26,493 nucleotides of DNA from Candidatus Krumholzibacteriia bacterium (GTDB lineage Bacteria > Krumholzibacteriota > Krumholzibacteriia > WVZY01), in assembly GCA_046754105.1 (NCBI GenBank), contig JBHHVD010000042.1, forward strand, positions 1 through 26,493, written 5' to 3'. The translations under genes were made by a program, and so were the position numbers. The notes below the pieces were generated by a model that saw only the letters and a list, made by a program, of their open reading frames with translations, did no database searches and had not been told where the DNA came from. Of the stretch, positions 26,378 to 26,493 are shown in pieces (positions within the stretch are counted from its first letter, which is position 1; every line of letters starts with the position of its first letter).

Positions 26378-26405
26378 TTGACTTAGGTAGTTGTTTTGCT
26401 AGGGT
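26378..26405 (+). promoter_or_regulatory. Putative promoter for tRNA-Ala
   Basis: TTGACT, 16 bp spacer, TAGGGT preceded by TG; 10 nt before the tRNA. Confidence 0.45.
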
Positions 26406-26415
26406 CGTGTCGCGT

Positions 26416-26491
26416 GGGGTTGTAGCTCAGCTGGGAGAGCACTTGTCTGGCAGACAAGAGGTCACGGGTTCGATCCCCGTCAACTCCACCA
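26416..26491 (+). tRNA. tRNA-Ala (GGC)
   Basis: GGGGTTGTAGCTCAGCTGGGAGAGC...CTTGT-CTGGCAG-ACAAG...GGTTCGATCC...CAACTCCACCA. G3:U70 alanine identity pair, anticodon GGC. Confidence 0.97.
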
Positions 26492-26493
26492 TT

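Noticed and set aside
26416..26491. C32/G38 pair in the tRNA-Ala(GGC) anticodon loop
   Set aside because: A complementary 32-38 pair is a known feature of bacterial tRNA-Ala(GGC), so it is not novel.

Overview
High-GC bacterial chromosomal region of mostly housekeeping and cell-envelope genes. Two secreted proteins end in an NPFN...YD..G...WDG...SGVYF FlgD-Ig/T9SS-like C-terminal domain, and there is a GWxTD-domain protein. Together these suggest an FCB-affiliated lineage such as Krumholzibacteriota, Latescibacterota or Eisenbacteria (inference). Gene order: nuoI-like 2x[4Fe-4S] subunit (5' end at the window edge), GlcD-like FAD oxidase, WDG-repeat beta-propeller, LVIVD-repeat protein, M64 peptidase, OmpA-domain protein, DUF2277-like protein, hypothetical, LexA-like protein, NYN/YacP RNase, mdh, FG-GAP-like protein, TonB-like protein, CDP-alcohol phosphatidyltransferase, small membrane protein, TPR-GWxTD protein, small secreted protein, yitJ-type HMT/MTHFR, M1 aminopeptidase, hypothetical, YXWGXW lipoprotein, TPR lipoprotein, hypothetical, slipin-NfeD pair, HNH endonuclease, and divergent tRNA-Leu(CAA) and tRNA-Ala(GGC). 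I found no CRISPR array, integrase, transposase or rRNA. I cannot demonstrate a new system from the sequence alone. The best leads are: (1) a full-length LexA homologue lacking its cleavage site and both catalytic residues, directly upstream of a NYN RNase; (2) an HNH gene with a good promoter and SD but no canonical start codon for its conserved N-terminus; (3) a long structured leader with an anti-SD element and tandem repeats upstream of a small secreted protein.
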